Shown: positions 18,491 to 28,532 of the stretch, piece by piece
Numbering within the stretch: the stretch's first letter is position 1
How the letters are laid out: each line of letters begins with the position of its first letter
Notes under the pieces: generated by a model
What the model saw: only the letters and a program-made list of their open reading frames with translations
Databases searched by the model: none
What the model was told of the DNA's origin: nothing
Source: a virus
Taxonomy: Duplodnaviria; Caudoviricetes
Virus record (IMG/VR): IMGVR_UViG_3300024228_000017
Span: 1-30,697 of that record
DNA length: 30,697 bases
Reading direction: 5' to 3' (one strand)
Position numbers and translations under genes: made by a program

Positions 18491-18819
18491 ACTATCTAAC
18501 TTTAGCCCAACTTATAGGAGAGATCATAACTGATTCTAAAATTATTTGTGATAGCTGTGGATGGAGTTGGAACAAAGAAGACGGAGGAGATGATTTATAT
18601 ATGTGTCATAAATGTGACCATAATAATACACCTACTGCTCTTGAAAACTTCAAAGACGGTAAAAAGAAAGGTAAATCAAGACCAGGCAGAGTTAAAAAGT
18701 CAGGAGCTAGCTGTAACGGTTCAGTTACTGACCTAAGAAAGAAAGCAAAGAATGCATCTGGGGAAAAAGCTAAGATGTACCATTGGTGCGCTAATATGAA
18801 GGGCGGAAAGAAGAAATAG
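18487..18819 (+). CDS. Zn-ribbon plus basic module protein
   Basis: CDSC...CHKC, then ALE/NFKDGKKKGKSRPGRVKK...YHWCANMKGGKKK. Confidence 0.65.
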   Translation: MNYLTLAQLIGEIITDSKIICDSCGWSWNKEDGGDDLYMCHKCDHNNTPTALENFKDGKKKGKSRPGRVKKSGASCNGSVTDLRKKAKNASGEKAKMYHWCANMKGGKKK

Positions 18820-18834
18820 TAATAAGAATCTATT

Positions 18835-18842
18835 TATTTATA
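18835..18842 (+). promoter_or_regulatory. TATTTATA putative late promoter
   Basis: Intergenic, 10 nt before ATG 18853, overlapping a TATTTATT copy at 18831. Confidence 0.6.
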
Positions 18843-18852
18843 TACGTATATT

Positions 18853-21800
18853 ATGACATATCAAGAACTTAAAGATCGATTATCTAAATGCGAATACACT
18901 CTTACATGTATAAAAGACGGTACTTTAAAAGATACAAACCAGAAAACTGTGAAGAAATTAGAATTATTAAAGGAGTCTCTTAGAAGTAAAATTGAAGAGA
19001 TAGAAGATAAAGGAATGGTAGTGACTAGAGACTCAGAAGAAGCTGAGAAATTAGCTAAAAAAGGAGTCAATGTAAATTTACAGACGGAGGGTCCACATCA
19101 AACAACTTATATTAAAGTATCTAAAAACAACTATAAGAAAGCTATACAGATAATAGATCAAAATATAGACAGTGAATATGTAAATACTGATATAGTTGAT
19201 GATGATGGAGACGGTAATGTAATTGTATATTTTAATTTTACACCAGCAATGACTGGTCATCCACACTATAATCCGGATGTAGATCCAGCAGAGTTTATAT
19301 ACGACTTATCTATGGACTTAGAAGCTAACGGTATTTCTATTGTAGATAAAAGTCATGATGTAGACGAAACAGCACAAGCTTTATCTAAAAAGAATTTCTC
19401 TGATCATCATAAAGATAATAAAAACGTAGATGAAACTGATATTAACGACCCAGTTCTTATGAAACTAAGAGCATTACAGTCTAAATTAAGAAGAAAGAAA
19501 GCAGTCAGAAAGACTGGAGGAGATAGTAAATTATTAGCTACATTAAAAGCTAAGAGAGCTCAAGTAATGAAAGATATGGAGAATGATCCATCAATCGAAC
19601 CAGAAGGAGGTCCTGTTGCTGATATGTACGGAGATCAATTGAATAAAATAGATAAAGATATAGCTAAAGCATCAGGAAGAAAACCAAAAAGCTATGATGA
19701 TACTTTCAATGAAGGTCAAGATGATGTATTTGCTTTAGGATACGATCTAGATGCTACACAGTACTTAGTAGACTATCTTAAATCTAAATATAAAGCAGGA
19801 GTTGACTACGAATTACATATCGGTAGAGGAGACACACATCCAAATGCTATCTCTCTTATGAACCCAGATATGGAACAAGATAAAGAATTAGGTAATCTAT
19901 TAATGTCAGCAGGAGATAATGAAGAAACTGATTACCAATCAGGAAGAGAAGCAGAAAATGACTATATAGGAGAAAAGAAAAGACCAGGTTTATGGGCTAA
20001 TATTAGAGCTAAGAGAGCTAGAGGTGAAAAACCTGCTCATAAAAATTCTAATGCTCATAAAGATGCAGTTAAAGCTGGTAAAAAGATTAATAAAGAAGGT
20101 CTATGGGCTAATATTAATGCTAAGAGAAAAGCAGGAAAGAAACCATCTCATGGTAATTCTAATGCTCATAAAGATGCTGAAAAAGCAGGAAAAGCTCTCG
20201 GTAAAGAATCTGCTAACCCTCAAGACGGTAAAGCAGCACCTTATGGATCAGGATATAAAAAAGTAACTAAAGAAGAAAACGTAAAATTAAGTAAAGAACA
20301 TCTTTCAATCATAGCAAGTAAAGCCGGTAAAGCAATTGTACAAGCAGTACATGCTACAGGAGACGAAGTATCAAGAGCTAAAATTAAAAAAGTATTCTCA
20401 TCAGCTCTATCTCCTAACATACCAGAGGCTTTCACAGTACATATAATATACAAAAATGATTCTGAAGTATCATATAGGTTTCAAATAGAAGGTAGCAAAC
20501 TTATATTCTTAGCTGACAGTAAAGATATTGTTTTATCTGATGTAGGAGTTAAACCTTCAGGAGAACCATTTATAAATACAGAGCTCGTTAAAAACGAGAT
20601 GACAAAATATTTTAAACAAATGCAAGAAATGAACGATCAAGAATTTGCTGACGCTAAAGAAGCAGATAGATTAGCAAATCATCCCGAAAGAGATAAAATT
20701 TTAGCTATACAAAATTTAATTGCTAAACAAAAAGGACTCAAAGAAACCGAACTTAGTGAAGAAAGATATAGAAAAGTAACTGACGATGATCAAGGACTTG
20801 ATGGAGTTTTTCATGTTGATGAGCATGGTTATTTTGTTGATCTTGATTACGGTAAATATAAATCTGCTACTAAGGATTTATTAGATCTTGCTATGGAACA
20901 GGGGCACGTGTATGAAAGTGTAGAAAACTATTATGAGTATGCTGATCATTTCGAAAACGAATTAAAAGATTATGCTGAAGGTGAAGAAGTACCTGATTGG
21001 CAAATGAATGATCTTGCTGTGAAATACGGAACTGATTATAGTCAGTTTTATGGTGAAGAAGATGATGATGATGATGTAGAAGAAGATATATCAGAAGAAT
21101 ACTCAAAAGAAAAATTATTAGCCTACTTAGGACAGGCAGATGATGCTATGATCAGAACTCATGATGATAAGTATTTGATTATATATAACCCTAAAAAAGG
21201 TAATAAAGATAATTACGATATGTGGGGTGATTATTCTGTATTTGCAGTAGATCAAGATGGAGAAGAACACGAAGTACTATATTCTGATATTGATAACTTA
21301 CAATTAGAAGGTACAAATGAAAGCCGTTATACTAAACTTAGAGACTATTATAGAAAAATAGATAAATTAAAACAGCAATCAAAAATAGATCATGAAAAAA
21401 ATCCAGGACATGGTAAAGTAGTTAATAAGTGGAAAGAAGTAAATGAAGCATCTGAGATGGATAAAATTCTACAAGGTAGACAGTTTATCAAGCAGTTAGC
21501 TCCTTTTATGAATAAATTGCCTCAAGATAATCCTAGAAGAATAAAATTTATCAATAAAGTTAAACAGGTTAATAAAAAATATAAAGAGCTACTAGCTAAA
21601 CAAGATGATAAAGTATCTGGAATTGGTAAAGATCAAGAGTTAAGCGAAGGAAGAGGAGATTTCGATGATGTACTAAAGGCTATAGAAAACATGGCTAACA
21701 ACGATGATATTTCAGAAAGAGACGCAGCAGCAGAAATAGTATTAGCATTAGCTGATAAATTTCAATTACCAGTAGATAAGAATCTAGAAGACTATATGGA

Positions 21801-22278
21801 AGAAGGACAAAGTGATTTATATGAAGGAACAGACTTACATGTAGATGGAGATTTTCAATTCACTAGAACTAATAGCGGAATACAGATAACAGAAAAATAC
21901 TCAGCCCAAGGTGCTAACTCTAGATACATTCACGTACCAGGGAGACTACTTAGAAGATTTGTAGCAGGATTAGCTAAATCAACAAAAGTATTCAAAGATA
22001 CTAAATACCAAGGACAAGATGCAGAAGATGCTCTAGAAGAAGCTGGACCTGGATTTGCTCACGATTGTGCTGCTAAAGTAGTACATGAGAAATATGGAAA
22101 AGGTAATTGCATACCAGAAAAACATACTTTAGTTAAAGAAGGTGAGAAACATGTAGTAACTCATTATGACGTTTTATTTGAAAGCGGCAAAACAGTAGAA
22201 AATATACCAGTTAGTGAGTTAGAGATTAAAACTTCAAATGAACACTGGCACAAAGGATATAAAAAGAAAAAGAAGTAA
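18853..22278 (+). CDS. large modular charged protein, putative internal-head polyprotein
   Basis: 1141 aa of alternating acidic and basic modules, a tandem GLWANI repeat and a C-terminal His-rich beta module; begins MTYQEL. Confidence 0.6.
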   Translation: MTYQELKDRLSKCEYTLTCIKDGTLKDTNQKTVKKLELLKESLRSKIEEIEDKGMVVTRDSEEAEKLAKKGVNVNLQTEGPHQTTYIKVSKNNYKKAIQIIDQNIDSEYVNTDIVDDDGDGNVIVYFNFTPAMTGHPHYNPDVDPAEFIYDLSMDLEANGISIVDKSHDVDETAQALSKKNFSDHHKDNKNVDETDINDPVLMKLRALQSKLRRKKAVRKTGGDSKLLATLKAKRAQVMKDMENDPSIEPEGGPVADMYGDQLNKIDKDIAKASGRKPKSYDDTFNEGQDDVFALGYDLDATQYLVDYLKSKYKAGVDYELHIGRGDTHPNAISLMNPDMEQDKELGNLLMSAGDNEETDYQSGREAENDYIGEKKRPGLWANIRAKRARGEKPAHKNSNAHKDAVKAGKKINKEGLWANINAKRKAGKKPSHGNSNAHKDAEKAGKALGKESANPQDGKAAPYGSGYKKVTKEENVKLSKEHLSIIASKAGKAIVQAVHATGDEVSRAKIKKVFSSALSPNIPEAFTVHIIYKNDSEVSYRFQIEGSKLIFLADSKDIVLSDVGVKPSGEPFINTELVKNEMTKYFKQMQEMNDQEFADAKEADRLANHPERDKILAIQNLIAKQKGLKETELSEERYRKVTDDDQGLDGVFHVDEHGYFVDLDYGKYKSATKDLLDLAMEQGHVYESVENYYEYADHFENELKDYAEGEEVPDWQMNDLAVKYGTDYSQFYGEEDDDDDVEEDISEEYSKEKLLAYLGQADDAMIRTHDDKYLIIYNPKKGNKDNYDMWGDYSVFAVDQDGEEHEVLYSDIDNLQLEGTNESRYTKLRDYYRKIDKLKQQSKIDHEKNPGHGKVVNKWKEVNEASEMDKILQGRQFIKQLAPFMNKLPQDNPRRIKFINKVKQVNKKYKELLAKQDDKVSGIGKDQELSEGRGDFDDVLKAIENMANNDDISERDAAAEIVLALADKFQLPVDKNLEDYMEEGQSDLYEGTDLHVDGDFQFTRTNSGIQITEKYSAQGANSRYIHVPGRLLRRFVAGLAKSTKVFKDTKYQGQDAEDALEEAGPGFAHDCAAKVVHEKYGKGNCIPEKHTLVKEGEKHVVTHYDVLFESGKTVENIPVSELEIKTSNEHWHKGYKKKKK
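19987..20208 (+). repeat. diverged 111-nt (37-aa) tandem duplication
   Basis: GLWANIRAKRARGEKPAHKNSNAHKDAVKAGKKINKE / GLWANINAKRKAGKKPSHGNSNAHKDAEKAGKALGKE. Confidence 0.85.
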
Positions 22279-22279
22279 A

Positions 22280-23038
22280 ATGAACAAAGCTAAATTAGAA
22301 AATATTATTCTAGAGGCGTACGAAGAAGTTCTTAAAGAGAGTCTACTAGACGAATTAGAGGATTATGATCAAGATGAAAAGTCTGATAACCCTGGTTTAA
22401 GTAAACCTGAATATAATGTAGACGATAAAGATCATTTTATATCTCAAGATCAAATTAGACCAATGATAGCTCAAAATGAAGCTGAAGAAGATGAAGAACC
22501 TACACCAGAAGAAACTCCAGATATGGATGCTCCAGAGGATACTGTATTAGAAGATGCTACTGATAAAATACTAGGGAAGTTTCCTACAGTTAGAGCAGCT
22601 ATTATAAAATTACAAACAGAAGACTTCAAAGACTTTGTAGAGAGTATAGACTGGGTATCACCTCGTCCTAGCTCTTTTAGAGTAAACTTAAAGAACGGCC
22701 AAGACTATACCTTAAAATGGATGGGTGAAGGCTTTCAAGCAACTATACTAGGTAAAAGATACTACCTAAGTAACATATCAGAATATCAACAAGCATTAGA
22801 TAAATTAGAAGTACTATACAGAGAAGCACCAATGAGCGGAGCAGGAGAAGGAGAACCAGCAGACACTGACACCGGCGGCGGTGGTGGAGGTGGAGGCGAC
22901 TTTCCCGGTGGAGACGGAGGTGGTGCAGGAGGAGACGATGCAGGAGCAGATGACCTTCCAGCAGCAGATGACGGAGGAGGAGCTGATTTATCAGATGAAC
23001 CTGTAGACTTTGAAGCAGGAGAAGAACCAGACGCATAA
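22280..23038 (+). CDS. acidic hypothetical protein with poly-Gly/Asp tail
   Basis: Start revised from 22238 to ATG 22280 (MNKAKLENIILEAYEEVLKE), 1 nt after the upstream stop; GGGGGGGG and D/G/A-rich tail. Confidence 0.7.
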   Translation: MNKAKLENIILEAYEEVLKESLLDELEDYDQDEKSDNPGLSKPEYNVDDKDHFISQDQIRPMIAQNEAEEDEEPTPEETPDMDAPEDTVLEDATDKILGKFPTVRAAIIKLQTEDFKDFVESIDWVSPRPSSFRVNLKNGQDYTLKWMGEGFQATILGKRYYLSNISEYQQALDKLEVLYREAPMSGAGEGEPADTDTGGGGGGGGDFPGGDGGGAGGDDAGADDLPAADDGGGADLSDEPVDFEAGEEPDA

Positions 23039-24156
23039 TGAATCTTATAGATAGAGTCATATTAGAATGGTCCTATAAGACCAAAAAAGGATATCCTGAC
23101 TTGGATAATCAAGAAGATATAGATTTATTTGAATCTATGTTTGGTTTTAATTTATCTGAAGCTAAAAAAGAATTCAATTATCTATCTCCTGAAGCTCAAA
23201 AAATAGCAAAGTATATTATTGATAAGTTAAATTTAGAAGATGATGAGATAAAGGCTCATTCAAAAACTAGAATAATAGTATATACAGACAGAAAAAGAGC
23301 AGAAATATTTGCAGCTTTACAGCAACTTGGATATGAAAAAGATCAAATTACTGGTTCAAGTGGTGGTGGGTTTAGAACACCAGAAGGTATAGAGATTATT
23401 CATAAGAACCAAACATCTGTTGGAGATGCTGGATTAGATAATGAAGATATAGTAGTTCGAAAAATTAACGAAAGAATAGGAGTAGAAGGTGGAGCTATAA
23501 ATGTTGTATTTAAATCTGGTAATAATGTCGATTTAACTTATAATAAAGTAGAGTCTGCTGAAGGAGTAGGAAGAGAAACAGGAGATAATCTAAAAGCAGA
23601 TATAAAACTTTTTAACGGTAAACCTAATCCTATCTCGATAAAAAAAGACGGACCTTTTAGATGGTCATCAGCAATGAGGACTCATGGAAAAGTATTTGAC
23701 GCAGTATTAAAACCAGCTATAGAAGGAACAGAAAATCTAAAATTAGTAGTAGATCAAGAGAATCCTAAGCTACTTAAAATGTTAAATCCTAAAAATAATA
23801 AATTTTACGGTAGCATATATGTAACTGGAGCTCCTGGAATGGATTATAAAACTTTAGCTTTTGGGAATGATAATGCAGCGATAGTAAAAAGAACCTTTAG
23901 TGATGCTGATTTTAATTTCGATAACGGAAAATTAACAATTACAACCTCAGCTAATTATACAGATGATAGTCATTTTAGTAAAGATGATTTACCTATTATA
24001 AGATTTGAACAAAACGCTTCTAAGGCTACAAGATTAGAAGGACACCGAGGCAGAGGTATAACTATTAGAACCGTACCATCAAAAGGATTTAATAATAGAA
24101 CTGAAAGAGCTAGTCTTTTAATTATAGATTATAAAGATTTAGAAATCGAAGAATAA
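23038..24156 (+). CDS. putative restriction-endonuclease-like PD-(D/E)xK nuclease
   Basis: GLDNED helix, then KADI (23593) ... ISIKK (23632), a KxD...ISxK variant active site; TAATG coupling to the upstream gene. Confidence 0.55.
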   Translation: MNLIDRVILEWSYKTKKGYPDLDNQEDIDLFESMFGFNLSEAKKEFNYLSPEAQKIAKYIIDKLNLEDDEIKAHSKTRIIVYTDRKRAEIFAALQQLGYEKDQITGSSGGGFRTPEGIEIIHKNQTSVGDAGLDNEDIVVRKINERIGVEGGAINVVFKSGNNVDLTYNKVESAEGVGRETGDNLKADIKLFNGKPNPISIKKDGPFRWSSAMRTHGKVFDAVLKPAIEGTENLKLVVDQENPKLLKMLNPKNNKFYGSIYVTGAPGMDYKTLAFGNDNAAIVKRTFSDADFNFDNGKLTITTSANYTDDSHFSKDDLPIIRFEQNASKATRLEGHRGRGITIRTVPSKGFNNRTERASLLIIDYKDLEIEE

Positions 24157-24159
24157 GTT

Positions 24160-25731
24160 ATGGCACAGAATATTAAAAAGATAGTAGCACAAGAATACTT
24201 AAAGTGCGCTAAAGATCCTATATACTTTATGAAGAAGTACTGTTATATACAGCACCCTACTCGTGGACGTATTCTTTTTAATTTATATCCATTTCAGGAA
24301 AAAGTATTAGAACACTTTAAAGATCAACAATATTTAATTACTCTTAAATCTAGACAGCTAGGTATATCTACTTTATCTTCAGCATACAGTCTTTGGTTAA
24401 TGATATTTCATAAGGATAAGAACGTTTTAGCATTAGCTACTACTCAAGCTACAGCTCGTAACTTGGTAACAAAGGTTATCTTTATGTATGACCAACTACC
24501 AAAGTGGCTAAGGTTAAGATCGGTAGAAAAGAATAAACTATCTTTAAGACTAAAGAACGGCTCTAAGATACAAGCTAAGTCTTCTAACGCAGATGCTGCT
24601 AGATCGGAAGCTGTATCGCTACTAGTAATAGATGAGGCTGCTTTCATTGATAACATTGAAGAAACTTTTGCTGCTGCTCAACAAACACTAGCAACGGGGG
24701 GTCAATGTATGGCTCTATCTACTCCTAACGGTATAGGTAACTGGTTTCACCAAACATGGGAGAAAGCAGAGACTGGAGAAAATAGTTTCTTACCCATAAG
24801 ATTACCATGGACGGTACATCCTGAAAGAAACGAAGAGTGGAGACAACAGCAAGATAGGGATTTAGGACCTAGAATGGCAGGACAGGAATGTGACTGTGAC
24901 TTCTTATCCTCTGGTGATACAGTATTTGAACCAGAAGATATGACTTTTTATGATGAAACTTATCAGAAAGATCCTATGGAGAAAAGAGGAGTTGATAGCA
25001 ATTTATGGATATGGGAAGGAGTTGACTATAGTAAATCATATATGGTTGTAGCAGATGTCGCCAGAGGAGATGCAACGGATTACTCTGCATTTCATATATT
25101 CGATATAGAAGAATGTAATCAAGTAGGAGAATATAAAGGTAAAATATCACCTAAAGATTTCGGTAATGTACTAGTAGGAGTAGCAGCTGAATATAACGAT
25201 GCACTATTAGTAGTAGAGAACGCAAACATTGGCTGGGCTACCATAGAGCAAATTATGGAAAGAGAATATAGAAATCTATATTACAGTCCAACTAATAATA
25301 GAGACACAGTAGAATCCTATATGACTAAGTTTGAAAGAGATAAACTTGTACCTGGCTTTACTATGTCATCTAGAACTAGACCACTAGTTATAGCAAAGAT
25401 GATCGAATACGTTAGAGATAAAGGTGTTTTGATTCAATCTAAGAGACTATTGAGTGAGATGAGAGTATTTATATGGAAAAATGGAAAGGCTCAAGCACAA
25501 GATAGGTACAATGATGATTTAATTATGTGTTTTGGAACAGCTCTATATGTAAGAGATACTGCACTAAGACTCAGACAACAAGGTATGGACCTAGCAAGAG
25601 CTTCATTATCTTCATTTTCTAATCTAAATTCTAGAAACCAAGCTGTAATGAAAGTTGGAAAGCCGATAGATAATCCTTATCTTATAAAGACACCTGGAGG
25701 CGAAGAAGATATCTCCTGGTTATTAAAATAG
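24160..25731 (+). CDS. terL: terminase large subunit (T4 gp17-like)
   Basis: KSRQLGIS, LVIDEAAF and STPNG ATPase motifs; nuclease motifs VADVARG..DYSA, VENAN and DDLIM. Confidence 0.95.
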   Translation: MAQNIKKIVAQEYLKCAKDPIYFMKKYCYIQHPTRGRILFNLYPFQEKVLEHFKDQQYLITLKSRQLGISTLSSAYSLWLMIFHKDKNVLALATTQATARNLVTKVIFMYDQLPKWLRLRSVEKNKLSLRLKNGSKIQAKSSNADAARSEAVSLLVIDEAAFIDNIEETFAAAQQTLATGGQCMALSTPNGIGNWFHQTWEKAETGENSFLPIRLPWTVHPERNEEWRQQQDRDLGPRMAGQECDCDFLSSGDTVFEPEDMTFYDETYQKDPMEKRGVDSNLWIWEGVDYSKSYMVVADVARGDATDYSAFHIFDIEECNQVGEYKGKISPKDFGNVLVGVAAEYNDALLVVENANIGWATIEQIMEREYRNLYYSPTNNRDTVESYMTKFERDKLVPGFTMSSRTRPLVIAKMIEYVRDKGVLIQSKRLLSEMRVFIWKNGKAQAQDRYNDDLIMCFGTALYVRDTALRLRQQGMDLARASLSSFSNLNSRNQAVMKVGKPIDNPYLIKTPGGEEDISWLLK

Positions 25732-25733
25732 AC

Positions 25734-25741
25734 TATTTATT
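25734..25741 (+). promoter_or_regulatory. TATTTATT variant of the putative late promoter
   Basis: Intergenic, 14 nt before portal ATG 25756. Confidence 0.55.
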
Positions 25742-25755
25742 AAAAACGTACATTA

Positions 25756-27648
25756 ATGGCGGACAAATCCTTATTTGGCAGACTACGAAGATTATTTTCT
25801 AACGATATAGTTGTTAGGAACATAGGCGGTAGAGAGCTAAAGATAGCTGATGTAAATCAGATACAAACGACTGGTAGATACCAAACTAACTCTTTAGTAG
25901 ATAGATTTAGTAGACTTTATATCTATAACAACAAAAATATTTTTAATCCTAATCTTAACTACCAAACGTTAAGAATTCAGTTATACTCTGATTATGAGGC
26001 AATGGACACTGATCCATTAATTGCTTCTACTTTAGATATTATAGCTGATGAAGCTACAGTAAAGAATGATCAAGGAGAGATTCTACAAATACAATCCTCT
26101 GACGAAAATATACAAAGAGTACTTTATAATTTATTTTACGACGTTCTAAACATAGAATTTAACCTATGGTCTTGGACACGTCAAATGTGTAAGTACGGAG
26201 ACTTTTTCTTAAAATTAGAGATATCAGAGAAATTTGGTATATATAATGTACTACCTTATACTGTATATCATATGGTAAGAAGAGAAGGTGAAGATCCTGA
26301 GAATCCTGCAAAAGTAATATTTCAATTAGATCCTGATGGATTAGCTTCTTCTCAACACCCTAATTATTTACCAAAGAGAAAGAATGATAGAAGAGTAGTT
26401 GACTTTGATAATTACGAAGTTGCTCACTTTAGGTTAATTTCAGATACTGCTTACCTACCTTACGGTAGATCTTATATAGAACCTGCTAGAAAGATTTTCA
26501 AGCAAGTAACATTAATGGAAGATGCGATGTTAATTCATCGTATAATGAGAGCACCTGAAAAGAGAATGTTCTATATCAATGTCGGTAATGTACCGCCTAA
26601 TGAAGTAGAGCAATTCATGCAAAAGACCATGAATCAGATGAAAAAGACTCCTTATGTAGGAGAAGATGGTCAATACAATTTGCGTTTCAATATGCAGAAT
26701 ATGATGGAAGATTTCTATCTACCTGTTAGAGGAGGTGATACTTCAACTAGAATAGAAACTACTAAAGGTTTAGACTATGATGGAACAAATGACGTAGATT
26801 ATCTATTAAAGAAGATGTTTGCAGCTCTTAAGGTTCCAAAAGCATATTTTGGGTACGAAGGAGAATTATCCGGTAAAGCTACTTTAGCAGCTGAAGACAT
26901 TAGGTTTGCTAGAACAGTAGAAAGAATACAAAAGATAATGGAATCAGAGTTAACTAAAATAGCTTTAGTACATCTATACTCTCAAGGATTCTCTGGTGAA
27001 AGTTTAACTAACTTTGAAATTAAGTTAACTACACCGTCAATTATATTCGAACAAGAGAAAATAGCTCTACTTAAAGAAAAGGTAGATTTAGCTGCTCAAA
27101 TGAAAGACTCTAAGTTATTCTCTTCAGATTACATATATGAAAAGATATTTGATTTATCAGAAGATAAGTATATGGAGATGAGAGATCTAGTTAGAGAAGA
27201 TTCTAAGAGAGCATTTAGAATAGCTCAAATAGAAGGTGAAGGTAATGATCCTGCTAAGTCTGGTGCTACTTACGGTACTCCACATGATTTAGCTTCTATG
27301 TACGGTAGAAGAGCTACTCCAACAGCAAAAGGTGCAGGTCAAGACGAAGTACCTCAAGGATATGAGGAAGCACCTAAATGGGGAGAACCTGGACCAGAAG
27401 GTGGAAGACCTACAGAAAAAGCATCTATATATGGAACTAACGATGCATTGGGAGGACGAGATCCTTTAGGAGTACATGGAATGCACGGTGGATTTGACTC
27501 CGATAATGATAAAGTAGCTGAAAATGTTAAAACTAACACAGTCTACCTTAGAAACAAAGAACTCTTTAAAGATATTGTATTTAAAAAATCTTCTGCTAAA
27601 GAAGCAAAGATGTTGAGCGAAGACAATATTAAAGATTTAGAGAATTAA
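25756..27648 (+). CDS. portal protein (T4 gp20-like)
   Basis: SYIEPARKIFKQVTLMEDAMLIHRIMRAPEKRMFYINVGNVP...MEDFYLPVRGG...IETTKG...ALKVP matches gp20-family motifs; follows terL. Confidence 0.93.
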   Translation: MADKSLFGRLRRLFSNDIVVRNIGGRELKIADVNQIQTTGRYQTNSLVDRFSRLYIYNNKNIFNPNLNYQTLRIQLYSDYEAMDTDPLIASTLDIIADEATVKNDQGEILQIQSSDENIQRVLYNLFYDVLNIEFNLWSWTRQMCKYGDFFLKLEISEKFGIYNVLPYTVYHMVRREGEDPENPAKVIFQLDPDGLASSQHPNYLPKRKNDRRVVDFDNYEVAHFRLISDTAYLPYGRSYIEPARKIFKQVTLMEDAMLIHRIMRAPEKRMFYINVGNVPPNEVEQFMQKTMNQMKKTPYVGEDGQYNLRFNMQNMMEDFYLPVRGGDTSTRIETTKGLDYDGTNDVDYLLKKMFAALKVPKAYFGYEGELSGKATLAAEDIRFARTVERIQKIMESELTKIALVHLYSQGFSGESLTNFEIKLTTPSIIFEQEKIALLKEKVDLAAQMKDSKLFSSDYIYEKIFDLSEDKYMEMRDLVREDSKRAFRIAQIEGEGNDPAKSGATYGTPHDLASMYGRRATPTAKGAGQDEVPQGYEEAPKWGEPGPEGGRPTEKASIYGTNDALGGRDPLGVHGMHGGFDSDNDKVAENVKTNTVYLRNKELFKDIVFKKSSAKEAKMLSEDNIKDLEN

Positions 27649-27652
27649 TACA

Positions 27653-27660
27653 TATTTATA
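27653..27660 (+). promoter_or_regulatory. TATTTATA putative late promoter
   Basis: Intergenic, 17 nt before ATG 27678. Confidence 0.6.
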
Positions 27661-27677
27661 TATAGTAAACGTATACA

Positions 27678-28532
27678 ATGAGGATAAAACATTCAAAGTA
27701 TCGCAATACTGGATTAATCTATGAATTGCTTGTAAAGCAAATCGCTTCTGATGTACTTGAAAGTAAAGAGTCAGATGCAATTCAAATATTAAAAAAGTAC
27801 TATAGCGGTAAAACTACTTTAGCTAAAGAGTATAAGCTATACGAATTTGTAGTGAAGAACAACTCAGTATCTCAATCTAAAGCAGAAACTATTATTTCTA
27901 CTATTACTGAGGTATCGAGAAAGTTTAATCAAAAAATACTTAAAGAACAAAAGTATGCTTTGATATCAGAAATAAAAAGTAAATATAATATTGACGAATT
28001 TTTTAGCGTCGATGTAAGAGATTATAAAGCATTAGCGTCTTTATACTGTTTATTAGAAGCACAGAATAATTCTAATTTAGTAGACCCTAGCTTTTTAATT
28101 AATAATAAAACTACTCTTTTAGAACACTTAACATCTAAGAAGCAAAATGAAGAAGATGTAAAAGATTCTCTTATAGAGCAATATGGTAAGTATGATAAGG
28201 ATTTAAAACTATTAACGTTTAAAATTTTATTAGAAAAGTTTAACGAGAAATACATAGACCTATTACCAGAACAAAAGAATATTTTAAAAGAATTTATTAC
28301 ATCAGTTAATTCAAGTAAAAAGTTATTTACATTAGTAAATAAAGAATTAAAAAAGATCTCTGAAGAAGTAAAGAAATTAGGAGATAAAGTAACTGATGAT
28401 ATTATAAAGATAAAATTAGATGAAGTATCTAAGAGCATTCAACCTCTTAAACCTACTGATAAAGTAAAAGATACTCATTTAGTAAATTTAATGCAGTATT
28501 ACGAACTAGTCAACGAGTTAAATAAATTATGA
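27678..28532 (+). CDS. helical head-region hypothetical protein (possible prohead core component)
   Basis: 284 aa, L/K/E-rich, directly after the portal; function inferred from position only. Confidence 0.55.
   Translation: MRIKHSKYRNTGLIYELLVKQIASDVLESKESDAIQILKKYYSGKTTLAKEYKLYEFVVKNNSVSQSKAETIISTITEVSRKFNQKILKEQKYALISEIKSKYNIDEFFSVDVRDYKALASLYCLLEAQNNSNLVDPSFLINNKTTLLEHLTSKKQNEEDVKDSLIEQYGKYDKDLKLLTFKILLEKFNEKYIDLLPEQKNILKEFITSVNSSKKLFTLVNKELKKISEEVKKLGDKVTDDIIKIKLDEVSKSIQPLKPTDKVKDTHLVNLMQYYELVNELNKL

Noticed and set aside
12658-20266. Nested + strand ORFs 12658..12843, 18548..18736 and 20024..20266
   Set aside because: They are out-of-frame shadows within stronger genes, with no codon distortion like that at 14659-14891.
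22861-23035. Local GC-rich stretch as structured RNA or foreign insert
   Set aside because: Explained by Gly/Ala/Asp codons of a low-complexity protein tail.
24160-27648. Intein or intron in terminase or portal
   Set aside because: Lengths and motif order are uninterrupted, and no splice-junction motifs were seen.
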